From the NCBI GenBank assembly GCA_964452165.1, contig CAYVKP010000001.1, forward strand, positions 426,375 through 490,374: a stretch of DNA of 64,000 bases, written 5' to 3'. The translations under genes were made by a program, and so were the position numbers. Each line of letters begins with the position of its first letter. Position 1 is the stretch's first letter. Positions 27,314 to 36,073 of the stretch are shown here, in pieces. This DNA comes from an uncultured Gammaproteobacteria bacterium. GTDB lineage: Bacteria; Patescibacteriota; Microgenomatia; Levybacterales; GWA1-39-11. A model generated the notes under the pieces. The model was not told where the DNA came from. It saw only the letters and a program-made list of their open reading frames with translations, and did not search any database.

Positions 27314-28225
27314 ATGAAAAAGGTTTTTGTAGTCATCTTAAATTTCAATGGCTTTGAGGATACCATTGCATGCGTAAAGTCTCTTCAGAAGATGGAAAAA
27401 AACGAGACACTGGAGATAGTGGTTATTGATAACGCCTCAAACAACGAATCCGTTGAGGAGATTAATAAAGCTCTGAGCGGCATAGTTTTTCTCAGGAATA
27501 AAGAAAATCTAGGGTTTTCCGGAGGTTGTAACGTGGGAATGCGTTATGCTATGGATAATGGAGCCGATTTCATAATGCTTCTCAATAACGATACTTTGGT
27601 AGATAAGAATTTACTAGACAATCTATTGAACACGTTTGGCCAAAGCGAAAATATTGGTGGAGTAGTCCCCAAAATATATTTTGCAAAAGGTCACGAATTT
27701 CACAAAGACAAATATAAAAAAAACGAACTCGGAAAAGTCATTTGGTATGCCGGAGGAAAAATGGACTGGAAAAACCTGATAGGAGAAAATATTGGAGTTG
27801 ATCAAGTGGATCATGGACAGTTTGATGTAGAGGCTGAAACTGAACTTGCAACAGGGTGTTGCTTTCTCATTAAAACGGAAGCTCTAAAAAAGGTGGGGGT
27901 TTTTGATGAAAGATATTATCTCTATTACGAAGATGCAGACCTCACGCAAAGGATGAAGAAGGCGGGTATGCGTGTCGTTTACAATCCCAAGGGTATAGTT
28001 TGGCATCTTAATGCAGGATCCGGTGGCGGTTCGGGATCAACTCTTCAGGACTATTACATAACACGCAACAGGCTTTTATTTGGATCCGCATATGCTTCGA
28101 TAAGAACTAAAATTGCTCTTCTTCGTGAGAGTCTCAAAATTTTCAAAGAGGGAAGGCAGTGGCAAAAAAAGGGAGTGGTGGATTTCTATCTTGGACGCTT
28201 TGGAAAAGGAAGCTTTCCAATTTAA
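27314..28225 (+). CDS. GT2 family glycosyltransferase (rhamnosyl/WbbL-like)
   Basis: 'VFVVILNFNGFEDTIACVKSL...VVIDNASNNES...LLNNDT'. Its C-terminal end is duplicated at 31007–31102. Confidence 0.8.
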   Translation: MKKVFVVILNFNGFEDTIACVKSLQKMEKNETLEIVVIDNASNNESVEEINKALSGIVFLRNKENLGFSGGCNVGMRYAMDNGADFIMLLNNDTLVDKNLLDNLLNTFGQSENIGGVVPKIYFAKGHEFHKDKYKKNELGKVIWYAGGKMDWKNLIGENIGVDQVDHGQFDVEAETELATGCCFLIKTEALKKVGVFDERYYLYYEDADLTQRMKKAGMRVVYNPKGIVWHLNAGSGGGSGSTLQDYYITRNRLLFGSAYASIRTKIALLRESLKIFKEGRQWQKKGVVDFYLGRFGKGSFPI

Positions 28226-28265
28226 AGTTAAGTGGTAAAATGCAGATATTATAAAGGTAACTAGT

Positions 28266-28838
28266 ATGAAGAATAATCTAAAAGACTTTCATCATTATAA
28301 AGGCGATGATCTCTCTCCTGCAGAGAAAATTGAAAGAAGAATTTTAGAGTTAATTATAGCTTCGAAAAATCCGGACGAAGAGAGGGAAGACTCTAAGATA
28401 TTTGAGCTGATGCATGCTTCGGGTTGTATGCAGATTGCTAGAATTTTAGCTCAGAAGAGAAATTTGGATGTAGAAATGTGTGAAATTGCGGCAATGCTAC
28501 ATGACATTTATGTAATTATTAACGGAACATATAAAAATCACGGTAAAGAAGGTTCTCCAATTGCTAGGCAAGTATTGGAAGAAGTTGGTGGTTTTAGCGA
28601 AGATCAAATCATTACAATTACTCAAGCAGTAGCCCACCACAGTGAGAAAGAAGTTTATTCAGATAATCCATACATGGAATTAGTAAAAGACGTTGACGTC
28701 TTCGATTGCTCTTTATATAAAAACGCTGAGGGATTTTATAGAATTCATAAGCCAGAACCAATTTTTAATGAATACGTTAAAAGAATTAAAAAAGTCAGAG
28801 AAGAACTTGGTTTGCTTCCGGGGGAGATATTTAGATAA
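28266..28838 (+). CDS. HD-domain metal-dependent phosphohydrolase
   Basis: 'HASGCMQIARILA...AAMLHDI...AHHSEKE' gives the H...HD...H...D spacing typical of HD domains. Confidence 0.65.
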   Translation: MKNNLKDFHHYKGDDLSPAEKIERRILELIIASKNPDEEREDSKIFELMHASGCMQIARILAQKRNLDVEMCEIAAMLHDIYVIINGTYKNHGKEGSPIARQVLEEVGGFSEDQIITITQAVAHHSEKEVYSDNPYMELVKDVDVFDCSLYKNAEGFYRIHKPEPIFNEYVKRIKKVREELGLLPGEIFR

Positions 28839-30161
28839 ATGCAAGATAAATGGTTTAGGTGGGAAAGAGAGGCGGCAATCCATCTTTTATTTCCGACTCT
28901 TGAAGGTTCGATGAAGCCCCTCGAGAAATTTACGGGTTTTGGATTTCCTACCACGATTTTAATCTTTAAAAATGGATTAGTTACTTGGTGTATGAAGGAT
29001 GCTGAGTTCTATGGATTGGGCTCTAAGCTTCTTGAGATTTACAAAGATCAAGAGAAAGAACGGGAGATGATAGAAGAGATGACTAGAAGATTAAAGGTCT
29101 TGGGGAGAATCGAGAAGGAAATAGATAAAATAGCTCTTTCGGGATTAAAAAATGGACAGCTAGCTGAGTTACATTCCAGGCTTCACGATGCTTTCGTAAA
29201 TTATTACGGAATAGGAGCAATACAAGAACCGCTTGCTATGCAAGCAGAAATAGAATTAAAAGAGGTTTCTGAATTAAATAGTGATGAGATAGCCCATCTT
29301 GTTGTTCCAGATAAACTTTCCTATATTCAGGAAGCTGACACTTATCTTTTAGATACAAAAGACATCGATGGTTTTATAAATAAGTATTTTTGGATAGATA
29401 ATAACTATTCCCAAACTAAAGTATTGTCCCAAGAGGAAGTTCAGAAAAGACTTTCCAGTATTAAGCCGGTTAAGTCCTCAGATAACAGTTCCCAAATTGC
29501 AGATTTAAATCCGGAATCAAAGAGGTTAGTAGAGTTATTAAAAAACTTTGCTAATTATCAGGATGATAGAAAAGCAAACATCTTAGTGTATTTGCATTAT
29601 CTAGAAGTTTTATTGAGAGAAATTGGAAGAAGAGCAAGCATTTCCATAAATGTAATGAGAGATACCTTTCCCCACGAAATAAAAGATATATTGGATAGAA
29701 ATGTTACTGAAGAGTTCATAAGTAAAAGAAGAGAGAAGTGTTTTGTGGTTTGGGAAGAAAATGCGGAAAAACCTTCAATTTTGGTTGGCGAAGAAACAAA
29801 AGAATGGGAGAAGATGTTAAGTTTACAAACAAAAGGTCCCCGTGTTGTTAAGGGTAACTGTGCCTCTAAAGGAATAATAACGGGTAAAGTTAGGGTGCTA
29901 TTAAATGCTAGCGAAAATGATAAATTAGAAGATGGAGAAGTTTTAGTCACATTTATGACCTCACCTGATTTCATGAGTGCGGTTAGAAAGTGTTCCGCAA
30001 TTGTCACTAACTATGGGGGTATTACATCTCACGCGGCAATTATCTCAAGGGAGTTAAGAATACCTTGCGTAGTCGGGACTAAAAATGCAACTGAAGTTTT
30101 AAAGACGGGTGACGTGGTGGAAGTAAATGCTGACAAGGGAGAGATAAGAATTCTATCATAA
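28839..30161 (+). CDS. PEP-utilising-enzyme mobile (phospho-histidine swivel) domain protein with a ~330-aa N-terminal domain of unknown, putatively substrate-binding function
   Basis: The C-terminal 'VTNYGGITSHAAIISRELRIPCVVGT' is the canonical GGxTSHAAI swivel-domain motif with the phospho-acceptor His. Its start codon abuts the HD gene stop. Confidence 0.8.
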   Translation: MQDKWFRWEREAAIHLLFPTLEGSMKPLEKFTGFGFPTTILIFKNGLVTWCMKDAEFYGLGSKLLEIYKDQEKEREMIEEMTRRLKVLGRIEKEIDKIALSGLKNGQLAELHSRLHDAFVNYYGIGAIQEPLAMQAEIELKEVSELNSDEIAHLVVPDKLSYIQEADTYLLDTKDIDGFINKYFWIDNNYSQTKVLSQEEVQKRLSSIKPVKSSDNSSQIADLNPESKRLVELLKNFANYQDDRKANILVYLHYLEVLLREIGRRASISINVMRDTFPHEIKDILDRNVTEEFISKRREKCFVVWEENAEKPSILVGEETKEWEKMLSLQTKGPRVVKGNCASKGIITGKVRVLLNASENDKLEDGEVLVTFMTSPDFMSAVRKCSAIVTNYGGITSHAAIISRELRIPCVVGTKNATEVLKTGDVVEVNADKGEIRILS

Positions 30162-30162
30162 A

Positions 30163-30996
30163 ATGGGATTTATCAAAAAATTTGGCGAAATATCCAAGGG
30201 AGACACAAAACAGGTAGGTGGTAAAGGCGCCTCTTTGGGAGAAATGGTAAAAGCGGGTATTCAAGTTCCCTCCGGTTTTGTTATAACTGCTCAAGCTCAC
30301 CAAAAATTTGTCAACGACTCTCTACCGGTTAATGTGAGAAAAGGAATTTTAAAAGCCTTTGATGAACTTGATGCCCAACAAGTTGCGGTTAGATCGTCAG
30401 CCATTGCAGAGGATTCATCTCAGGCTTCGTGGGCCGGACAATTAGAAACCTATCTTAATGTTTCAAGAGATGATTTAATAAATAAAGTTAGGGATTGTTG
30501 GAGTTCTGTTAAATCAGAAAGAGCTTTATCTTATGCGGGTGGACAGGACTTGGCAGAAGATGATTTATTCGTAGCTGTTGTCGTACAAAAAATGATTGAT
30601 AGTAAAACTTCGGGAGTAATGTTTACTGTCAATCCGATTACAAAAGACACAAATGAAGTTATGATCGAAGCAGGCTTTGGGTTGGGTGAGCTATTAGTTC
30701 AAGGATTAATTACGCCTGATAACTTTATCATTAATAAGAATACTTTCGAAATCAAAAGTAAAGATGTTCAAGCTCAAGATACTATGTTGGTATTTCAAGA
30801 GGGAGAAAATAAAGAAATCCCCGTCCCATCCGATAAGAGAAATGAACAAAAAGTTTCAGATGAAAACATCAGGGAATTAGTTAATATGGCTATAAAAATA
30901 GAAACACATTATGGAAAACCTCAGGACATAGAGTGGGCAATTGACGATCAAAATCGAATCTGGATTTTACAGTCAAGACCAATAACGACACTTTGA
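30163..30996 (+). CDS. Pyruvate phosphate dikinase / PEP synthase N-terminal ATP-grasp (PPDK_N) domain protein, stand-alone
   Basis: 'VGGKGASLGEMVKAGIQVPSGFVITAQA' and the C-terminal 'QDIEWAIDDQNRIWILQSRPIT' are PPDK_N signatures. It begins 1 nt after the upstream stop. Confidence 0.8.
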   Translation: MGFIKKFGEISKGDTKQVGGKGASLGEMVKAGIQVPSGFVITAQAHQKFVNDSLPVNVRKGILKAFDELDAQQVAVRSSAIAEDSSQASWAGQLETYLNVSRDDLINKVRDCWSSVKSERALSYAGGQDLAEDDLFVAVVVQKMIDSKTSGVMFTVNPITKDTNEVMIEAGFGLGELLVQGLITPDNFIINKNTFEIKSKDVQAQDTMLVFQEGENKEIPVPSDKRNEQKVSDENIRELVNMAIKIETHYGKPQDIEWAIDDQNRIWILQSRPITTL

Positions 30997-31006
30997 AGCT
31001 AAATTT

Positions 31007-31102
31007 ATGCAATTATTAAGTAAGTTAAAGATATTTGAGAACCAGGCGGGGGTTCTGGATTTTTACTTGGGTAGATTTGGAAGAGGAAGCTTTCCAATTT
31101 AA
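31007..31102 (+). pseudogene. 31-codon remnant homologous to the 3' end of the GT2 gene 27314–28225 (MQLLSKLKIFENQAGVLDFYLGRFGRGSFPI*)
   Basis: It aligns with '...LKIFKEGRQWQKKGVVDFYLGRFGKGSFPI*' at 28130–28225. The last 24 nt, including the stop, are identical. The next gene's ATG follows directly. Confidence 0.6.
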
Positions 31103-32749
31103 ATGGTAAGGAAATATTTAGGTTTTATACTTATTGTAGTCTTAGGCTTTGTGCCTTTAATTCCTTTGTTGCACGCAGGTTTGCCGATTACTCACGATGG
31201 GCAAGACCACGTAGCAAGAATTGCCAATTTCTATACTTCACTCTCCGAAGGAATTGTTATTCCGCGTTGGGCAGGTAATCTCAACTGGGGATACGGTCAC
31301 CCAATCTTAATGTTTTTATACCCCCTCTCATCTTACAGCGCTTCCCTGTTTCATTTTTTGGGCTTTTCATTCGTTGACAGTTTAAAGATAGTCTTCGGGT
31401 TAACTTTCATACTTAGTGGAATTTTTATGTACATGTGGGTCAGAGAGTTTTTGGGGGAAGAAGCAGGAGTTGTCAGCGGATTCTTATATATGTTTGCCCC
31501 CTACAGATTTGTAGATCTCTATGTTAGAGGAGCGATCGGCGAACACGTTGCGTTTATCTTTCCGCCTTTAATAGCTTATTTTCTTTTGAAAATCTCAACT
31601 TCCAAAAAACCTAATGGAGTTTATTTTGCAGGAGCGTCGATGTCGCTGGCCGGATTAATTCTTGCACACAATGCTATAAGCTTAATGTTTCTTCCTTTTA
31701 TAATTTTCTACGGAGTATATCTTCTCTTTCTATCGAAGAGAAGATCAGTCATTTTAGAATACGCTGCTGTTCTCTTTTTGGGATTTGCTCTATCCGCTTT
31801 TTTCTGGGTGCCGGCCTTCATGGAGGGAAAGTATACTTTGCGGGATATCGTAACTGAAGGAATCACTCTTTCTAGATTTGTGAACCTTAATAGTCTATTG
31901 TACGGCCCGTGGAATTATGGACAGACCGGCCAGTTTAGCTTACAGGTGGGAATCCTGTCTTGGTTGGCAGTCATTGTCTCGCCAGTTCTGCTCGTCAGAA
32001 AATTAAAAGCGGAAAAGAAGACTCGAGCTCTTTACCTCCTTGCGTTGATTTACTTCGCTGGCAGTCTTTTCATAATGCTTCCTATCTCGGCTCCGCTTTG
32101 GAAAGCAATAGGTACTCTTCAGAAATTTCAATTTCCGTGGAGATTTCTTTCAGTTTCTGTTTTTGCTGCAGCACTTATTGGTGCCATTGTGGCATCGGTT
32201 TTTAAGAAGTCAGCCAGATTATTAATGTTTGGAACAATAGTTCTATCATTAGTTTTAACTCATACTTACTGGATACCTAAAGGATACTTAGTTCGCCCCG
32301 AGTCTTTCTACAGCGGAATTTATAATGGCACAACAGATACCGGTGAAAGCGCGCCTATCTGGTCAGTCCGATTTATGGAGAGAAGACCAAAGGCCCGGGC
32401 TGAGATAATAGACGGCACCGCGCAAATAAAATACATACTGCGGAATTCAATTCATCACGCATACGAAGTTGACGCTAAAGACAGAATTAGAGTCAAAGAG
32501 AATACATTGTATTTTCCCGGTTGGAAAGTATACGTCGATGGAAAGGAATATCAAGACATCCAATTTCAAGATCCGGTAAATCGCGGGCTAATGACTTTTT
32601 TTGTATCCCCGGGGAATCATAGGATCGATGTCGTTTTTACCGATACCAAAATAAGAAAAATTTCAAACTACATTTCGTTAATCAGTTTATTTGTGATGTT
32701 GGCTTTCTCTGGAGTTTTTATCAGAAAATATGCAAAAGATACTAAATAA
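31103..32749 (+). CDS. Short YfhO-related polytopic membrane protein, family A paralog 3 (548 aa)
   Basis: 'THDGQDHVARIANFY...PRWAGNLNWGYGHPILMFLYP', 'FAPYRFVDLYVRGAIGE', 'FQFPWRF' and a C-terminal 'LYFPGWKVYVDGKEY'. Confidence 0.7.
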   Translation: MVRKYLGFILIVVLGFVPLIPLLHAGLPITHDGQDHVARIANFYTSLSEGIVIPRWAGNLNWGYGHPILMFLYPLSSYSASLFHFLGFSFVDSLKIVFGLTFILSGIFMYMWVREFLGEEAGVVSGFLYMFAPYRFVDLYVRGAIGEHVAFIFPPLIAYFLLKISTSKKPNGVYFAGASMSLAGLILAHNAISLMFLPFIIFYGVYLLFLSKRRSVILEYAAVLFLGFALSAFFWVPAFMEGKYTLRDIVTEGITLSRFVNLNSLLYGPWNYGQTGQFSLQVGILSWLAVIVSPVLLVRKLKAEKKTRALYLLALIYFAGSLFIMLPISAPLWKAIGTLQKFQFPWRFLSVSVFAAALIGAIVASVFKKSARLLMFGTIVLSLVLTHTYWIPKGYLVRPESFYSGIYNGTTDTGESAPIWSVRFMERRPKARAEIIDGTAQIKYILRNSIHHAYEVDAKDRIRVKENTLYFPGWKVYVDGKEYQDIQFQDPVNRGLMTFFVSPGNHRIDVVFTDTKIRKISNYISLISLFVMLAFSGVFIRKYAKDTK

Positions 32750-35054
32750 ATTTTGGCCAATATTGTTTATTATTACGCTTTGGTTCGTTTTTTCGAGCCC
32801 GTATTTAATCCGCCACAAAATACCTTTTCCTTCAACATATCTTGCTTCCAATTTTGCCCCGTGGAATTCTTACGGATTATATATGGGTCCTGTAAAAAAC
32901 GGGGCTGCACCGGATGTAATTGATCAAATATATCCTTGGAAAAAATTAGTTATAGATTCTTACAAAAGAGGAGTTTTTCCGTTATGGAATTCCTACGCTT
33001 TCTCCGGCACCCCGCTTCTTGCTAACTATCAGTCGGCCGCCCTTACTCCGGTTAACCTCCTTTATTTCGTACTACCGTTTATTGATGCTTGGAGTCTTCA
33101 GGTTCTTGCTCAGCCATTATTGGCCGCCCTGTTCATGTATTTTTTCGCTCGCGCCTTAAAAAGAAGCCAAGCAGCAGCACTTATCTCATCAGTTGCCTTC
33201 ATGTTCTGTGGATTTATAACAACCTGGGGACTATATGGAACGTTAGGCTACGCAATACTATTTCTTCCTTTGGCACTTTTTTCAATCGAAAAAATTTATG
33301 AAACGAAAAAATGGCACTACAAACTGCTTCTGGCACTGTCGGTTCCACTGTCTTTTTTCAGCGGACATTTCCAAACCAGTCTTTATTTTCTAGCTCTAGT
33401 ATTTGCCTATGGCATATTCAAATACATTGAAAAAAAAGACTTGAGACTTTTTATTGAAAATATTTTATTTGTTGTTTTTGGTATCTTACTTTGTTCTCCT
33501 CAGCTTTTACCGTCAATAGAGCTGTATTTCGCATCTGTCAGAAGTGGAATATTTATGAAAACCGAAGTTATTCCATGGGCATATTTGCCAACTTTCTTAT
33601 CACCTGATTTTTTTGGAAATCCTGTCACCCGCAACGATTGGTTTGGACACTACGCCGAGTGGAATGGGTATCTTGGTTTGGTTCCTTTAATTTTGTCATT
33701 TTATAGCTTGAAGAAGAGGAGTGCTCATATAATTTTCTTCTTATGTTCGACGATTATAGTTTTTCTTCTCGCATTTCAAACGCCCATTCTGGATTTACTC
33801 ATTGCTCTAAAAATTCCCGTTATTTCAACGAGCGCTGCGAGTAGAATAATAGTTTTGGCGAGTTTTTCAATCGCTGTTCTCGCGGGATTCGGACTGGACT
33901 ATATCCTTGCCGACATAAAAGATAAGAAGACGAAACACATCTTTGTGTTGGTTGGTATTTTCGCGACGACATTTACAATTCTTTGGGCCATGGTCCTAGG
34001 CAAGCTTCTAATTCCCACAGATAAAGTCTCAATAGCTTTTTCAAATCTCAAACTACCATCGATTTCTTTTGCAATATTTGCGATCTTACTATTAATAGCT
34101 GCTGTGATTAAAAACAAGAAATTCGTCTTTGTCGTTTGTGCGGTTTTAATTATGTTAACGGGCTTTGACTTAACAAGATTTGCAACAAAATGGCAACCCT
34201 TTGATCCGAAGAACCTGCTTTATCCTGAGGTTCCCGTTTCAAAATTTCTTTCTAGAGTAGATTCCAAAGACCGTGTCTTCGGCAATTTTGGACAAGAGTT
34301 GCCTCTAATGTTCGGGGTTTCAGGTACCGAAGGTTACGACCCTCTTTACATAGGCCGTTATGGTGAATTTTCGAATGCGGCACAGGACGGTAATTTTCAT
34401 AGAGCCGCGAGATCTGTTGCGATGGTATCCAAAAACGGCATGTTCACAGAAAAAATCATTGATTTTCTTGGGGTCAAATATATAATCCACAAAGTTTCGG
34501 ATGGACACGCGGTTTGGGCGTTTCCCATATGGGATTATCCTGCCGATCAGTTCAAGGTAGCTTATGAAGATAACAATATTAATGTGTTTGAAAATAGGAA
34601 TGCTTTTCCGAAAGCTTTTTTGGTGGGAAGATATAAGGTAGTTGCGGATAATCACATGATTCTTCGAACTATTTTCAAAAAGGATACTAATCTTCGAGAT
34701 GTTGCAATTCTCGAGAGTAATCCAGGCCTTGATCTTTCGGGTGGCACAACAGGAAGCGTAAATATTACGAAATACGAGCCTAATAAGATAGAAATAAAAG
34801 CCAGCGTTAAGGATTCGTCTCTGTTGGTGCTGTCGGATCCATTTTATCCGGGCTGGAAAGCAGACGTTGATGGAAAACCAGCCTCAATATACAGAGCAGA
34901 CTATGCGTTTCGCGCTGTCTATCTGCCAAAAGGCACACACGAGGTAACGTTTACTTATGATCCGGATAGTTTTAAAATTGGTTTAGCTCTCGCACTTCTT
35001 GGCGTTTTAGGGGTTGGGGGGACGGCTTTATGGAAACAAAAATATCAGTCTTAA
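32730..35054 (+). CDS. YfhO-family GT-C membrane protein (774 aa)
   Basis: 'FPLWNSYAFSGTPLLANYQSAALTPVN' and the C-terminal 'FYPGWKADVDGKPASIYRADYAFRAVYLPKGTHEVTFTYDP'. Confidence 0.8.
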   Translation: MQKILNKFWPILFIITLWFVFSSPYLIRHKIPFPSTYLASNFAPWNSYGLYMGPVKNGAAPDVIDQIYPWKKLVIDSYKRGVFPLWNSYAFSGTPLLANYQSAALTPVNLLYFVLPFIDAWSLQVLAQPLLAALFMYFFARALKRSQAAALISSVAFMFCGFITTWGLYGTLGYAILFLPLALFSIEKIYETKKWHYKLLLALSVPLSFFSGHFQTSLYFLALVFAYGIFKYIEKKDLRLFIENILFVVFGILLCSPQLLPSIELYFASVRSGIFMKTEVIPWAYLPTFLSPDFFGNPVTRNDWFGHYAEWNGYLGLVPLILSFYSLKKRSAHIIFFLCSTIIVFLLAFQTPILDLLIALKIPVISTSAASRIIVLASFSIAVLAGFGLDYILADIKDKKTKHIFVLVGIFATTFTILWAMVLGKLLIPTDKVSIAFSNLKLPSISFAIFAILLLIAAVIKNKKFVFVVCAVLIMLTGFDLTRFATKWQPFDPKNLLYPEVPVSKFLSRVDSKDRVFGNFGQELPLMFGVSGTEGYDPLYIGRYGEFSNAAQDGNFHRAARSVAMVSKNGMFTEKIIDFLGVKYIIHKVSDGHAVWAFPIWDYPADQFKVAYEDNNINVFENRNAFPKAFLVGRYKVVADNHMILRTIFKKDTNLRDVAILESNPGLDLSGGTTGSVNITKYEPNKIEIKASVKDSSLLVLSDPFYPGWKADVDGKPASIYRADYAFRAVYLPKGTHEVTFTYDPDSFKIGLALALLGVLGVGGTALWKQKYQS

Positions 35055-35779
35055 TTATTTCTAAAAACGAAGCGGATGTAATTGGAGATGCAATAAAATC
35101 AGTTAAAGACTTTGCCGATGAAGTTATTGTGGTTGATGATTCAACCGATGAGACTCCCAAAATCGCCAAAAAGCTGGGTGCAAAGGTTACCCACAATACT
35201 TTCAACAATTTTGCAGATCAAAGAAACCTGGCAGCAACATTAGCCGCGAATGAGTGGATATTTTATCTCGATTCCGACGAGCGTGTCACTCAGGATTTTA
35301 TAAAAGAGCTAGAGAGAAATATTTTAGCTTTCAATAGCTCTCAGGATATTGCCGGTTTTTATATAAGGAGAAAAACTTTTTTTTACGGTCGGGATTGGGG
35401 ATTTGTAGACCGCGTTCAAAGAGTATTTAAAAAAGGAAAATTAAAAAGTTGGCGGGGAGTTGTACATGAGACACCCGAGGTTGAGGGAAGACTCGAGACA
35501 ATTCAATCTCCAATAGAGCATTTTACACATCGCAATTTTGAACAAATGATATCAAAGACTAACGAATGGTCTGAGTTTGAGGCGGAGCTGAGGCGCAAAA
35601 CAAATCATCCAAAGATGAATTTTTTTCGCTTTGTTCGCGTAATGGCGACAGGATTTACCTCTTCTTATTTTAAAGAGGGAGGATGGAAGAACGGGACGGC
35701 AGGTGTTATAGAAGGTATCTACCAGGCTTTTTCAATGTTTATAACCTACGCAAAACTTTGGGAGAAACAAGATAAATAA
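35030..35779 (+). CDS. GT2 family glycosyltransferase (WaaE/KdtX-like 'ADEVIVVD' subfamily)
   Basis: 'ISVLIISKNEADVIGDAIKSVKDFADEVIVVDDSTDETPKIAKKLGAKV...YLDSDE'. Confidence 0.8.
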   Translation: METKISVLIISKNEADVIGDAIKSVKDFADEVIVVDDSTDETPKIAKKLGAKVTHNTFNNFADQRNLAATLAANEWIFYLDSDERVTQDFIKELERNILAFNSSQDIAGFYIRRKTFFYGRDWGFVDRVQRVFKKGKLKSWRGVVHETPEVEGRLETIQSPIEHFTHRNFEQMISKTNEWSEFEAELRRKTNHPKMNFFRFVRVMATGFTSSYFKEGGWKNGTAGVIEGIYQAFSMFITYAKLWEKQDK

Positions 35780-35780
35780 A

Positions 35781-36017
35781 CTATTTATTTTTTGAGGGAA
35801 TCCAGGAGCGGACTTCTTTTATGGTCAATCGCTTAGTTGCAAATTTAAACAAATAAACTAGCTCAACAATTCCTATCGTATTTAATACTAATATTGCGAC
35901 AAACCAATTTCTTTGTTTGAGATGTGCTGCTCGCCATAAGGCGATACCCTTAATGATCAGAGACCAAATGTATAAAACTAGGAGCAAATAGGGTGAGCCA
36001 GCAAACTGTGGATTCAT
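35781..36017 (-). CDS. Small 2-TM membrane protein (78 aa), possibly PLDc_N/DUF-type; the only minus-strand gene inside the glycosylation cluster
   Basis: 'LLLVLYIWSLIIKGIALWRAA...NWFVAILVLNTIGIVELVYLF' forms two hydrophobic helices with W/R/N between them. Confidence 0.4.
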   Translation of the reverse strand: MNPQFAGSPYLLLVLYIWSLIIKGIALWRAAHLKQRNWFVAILVLNTIGIVELVYLFKFATKRLTIKEVRSWIPSKNK

Positions 36018-36073
36018 AAGTCTAATTTAGCATAGCTTTTAAACATTATCAATAGCTGATAAAATAGGACAAT

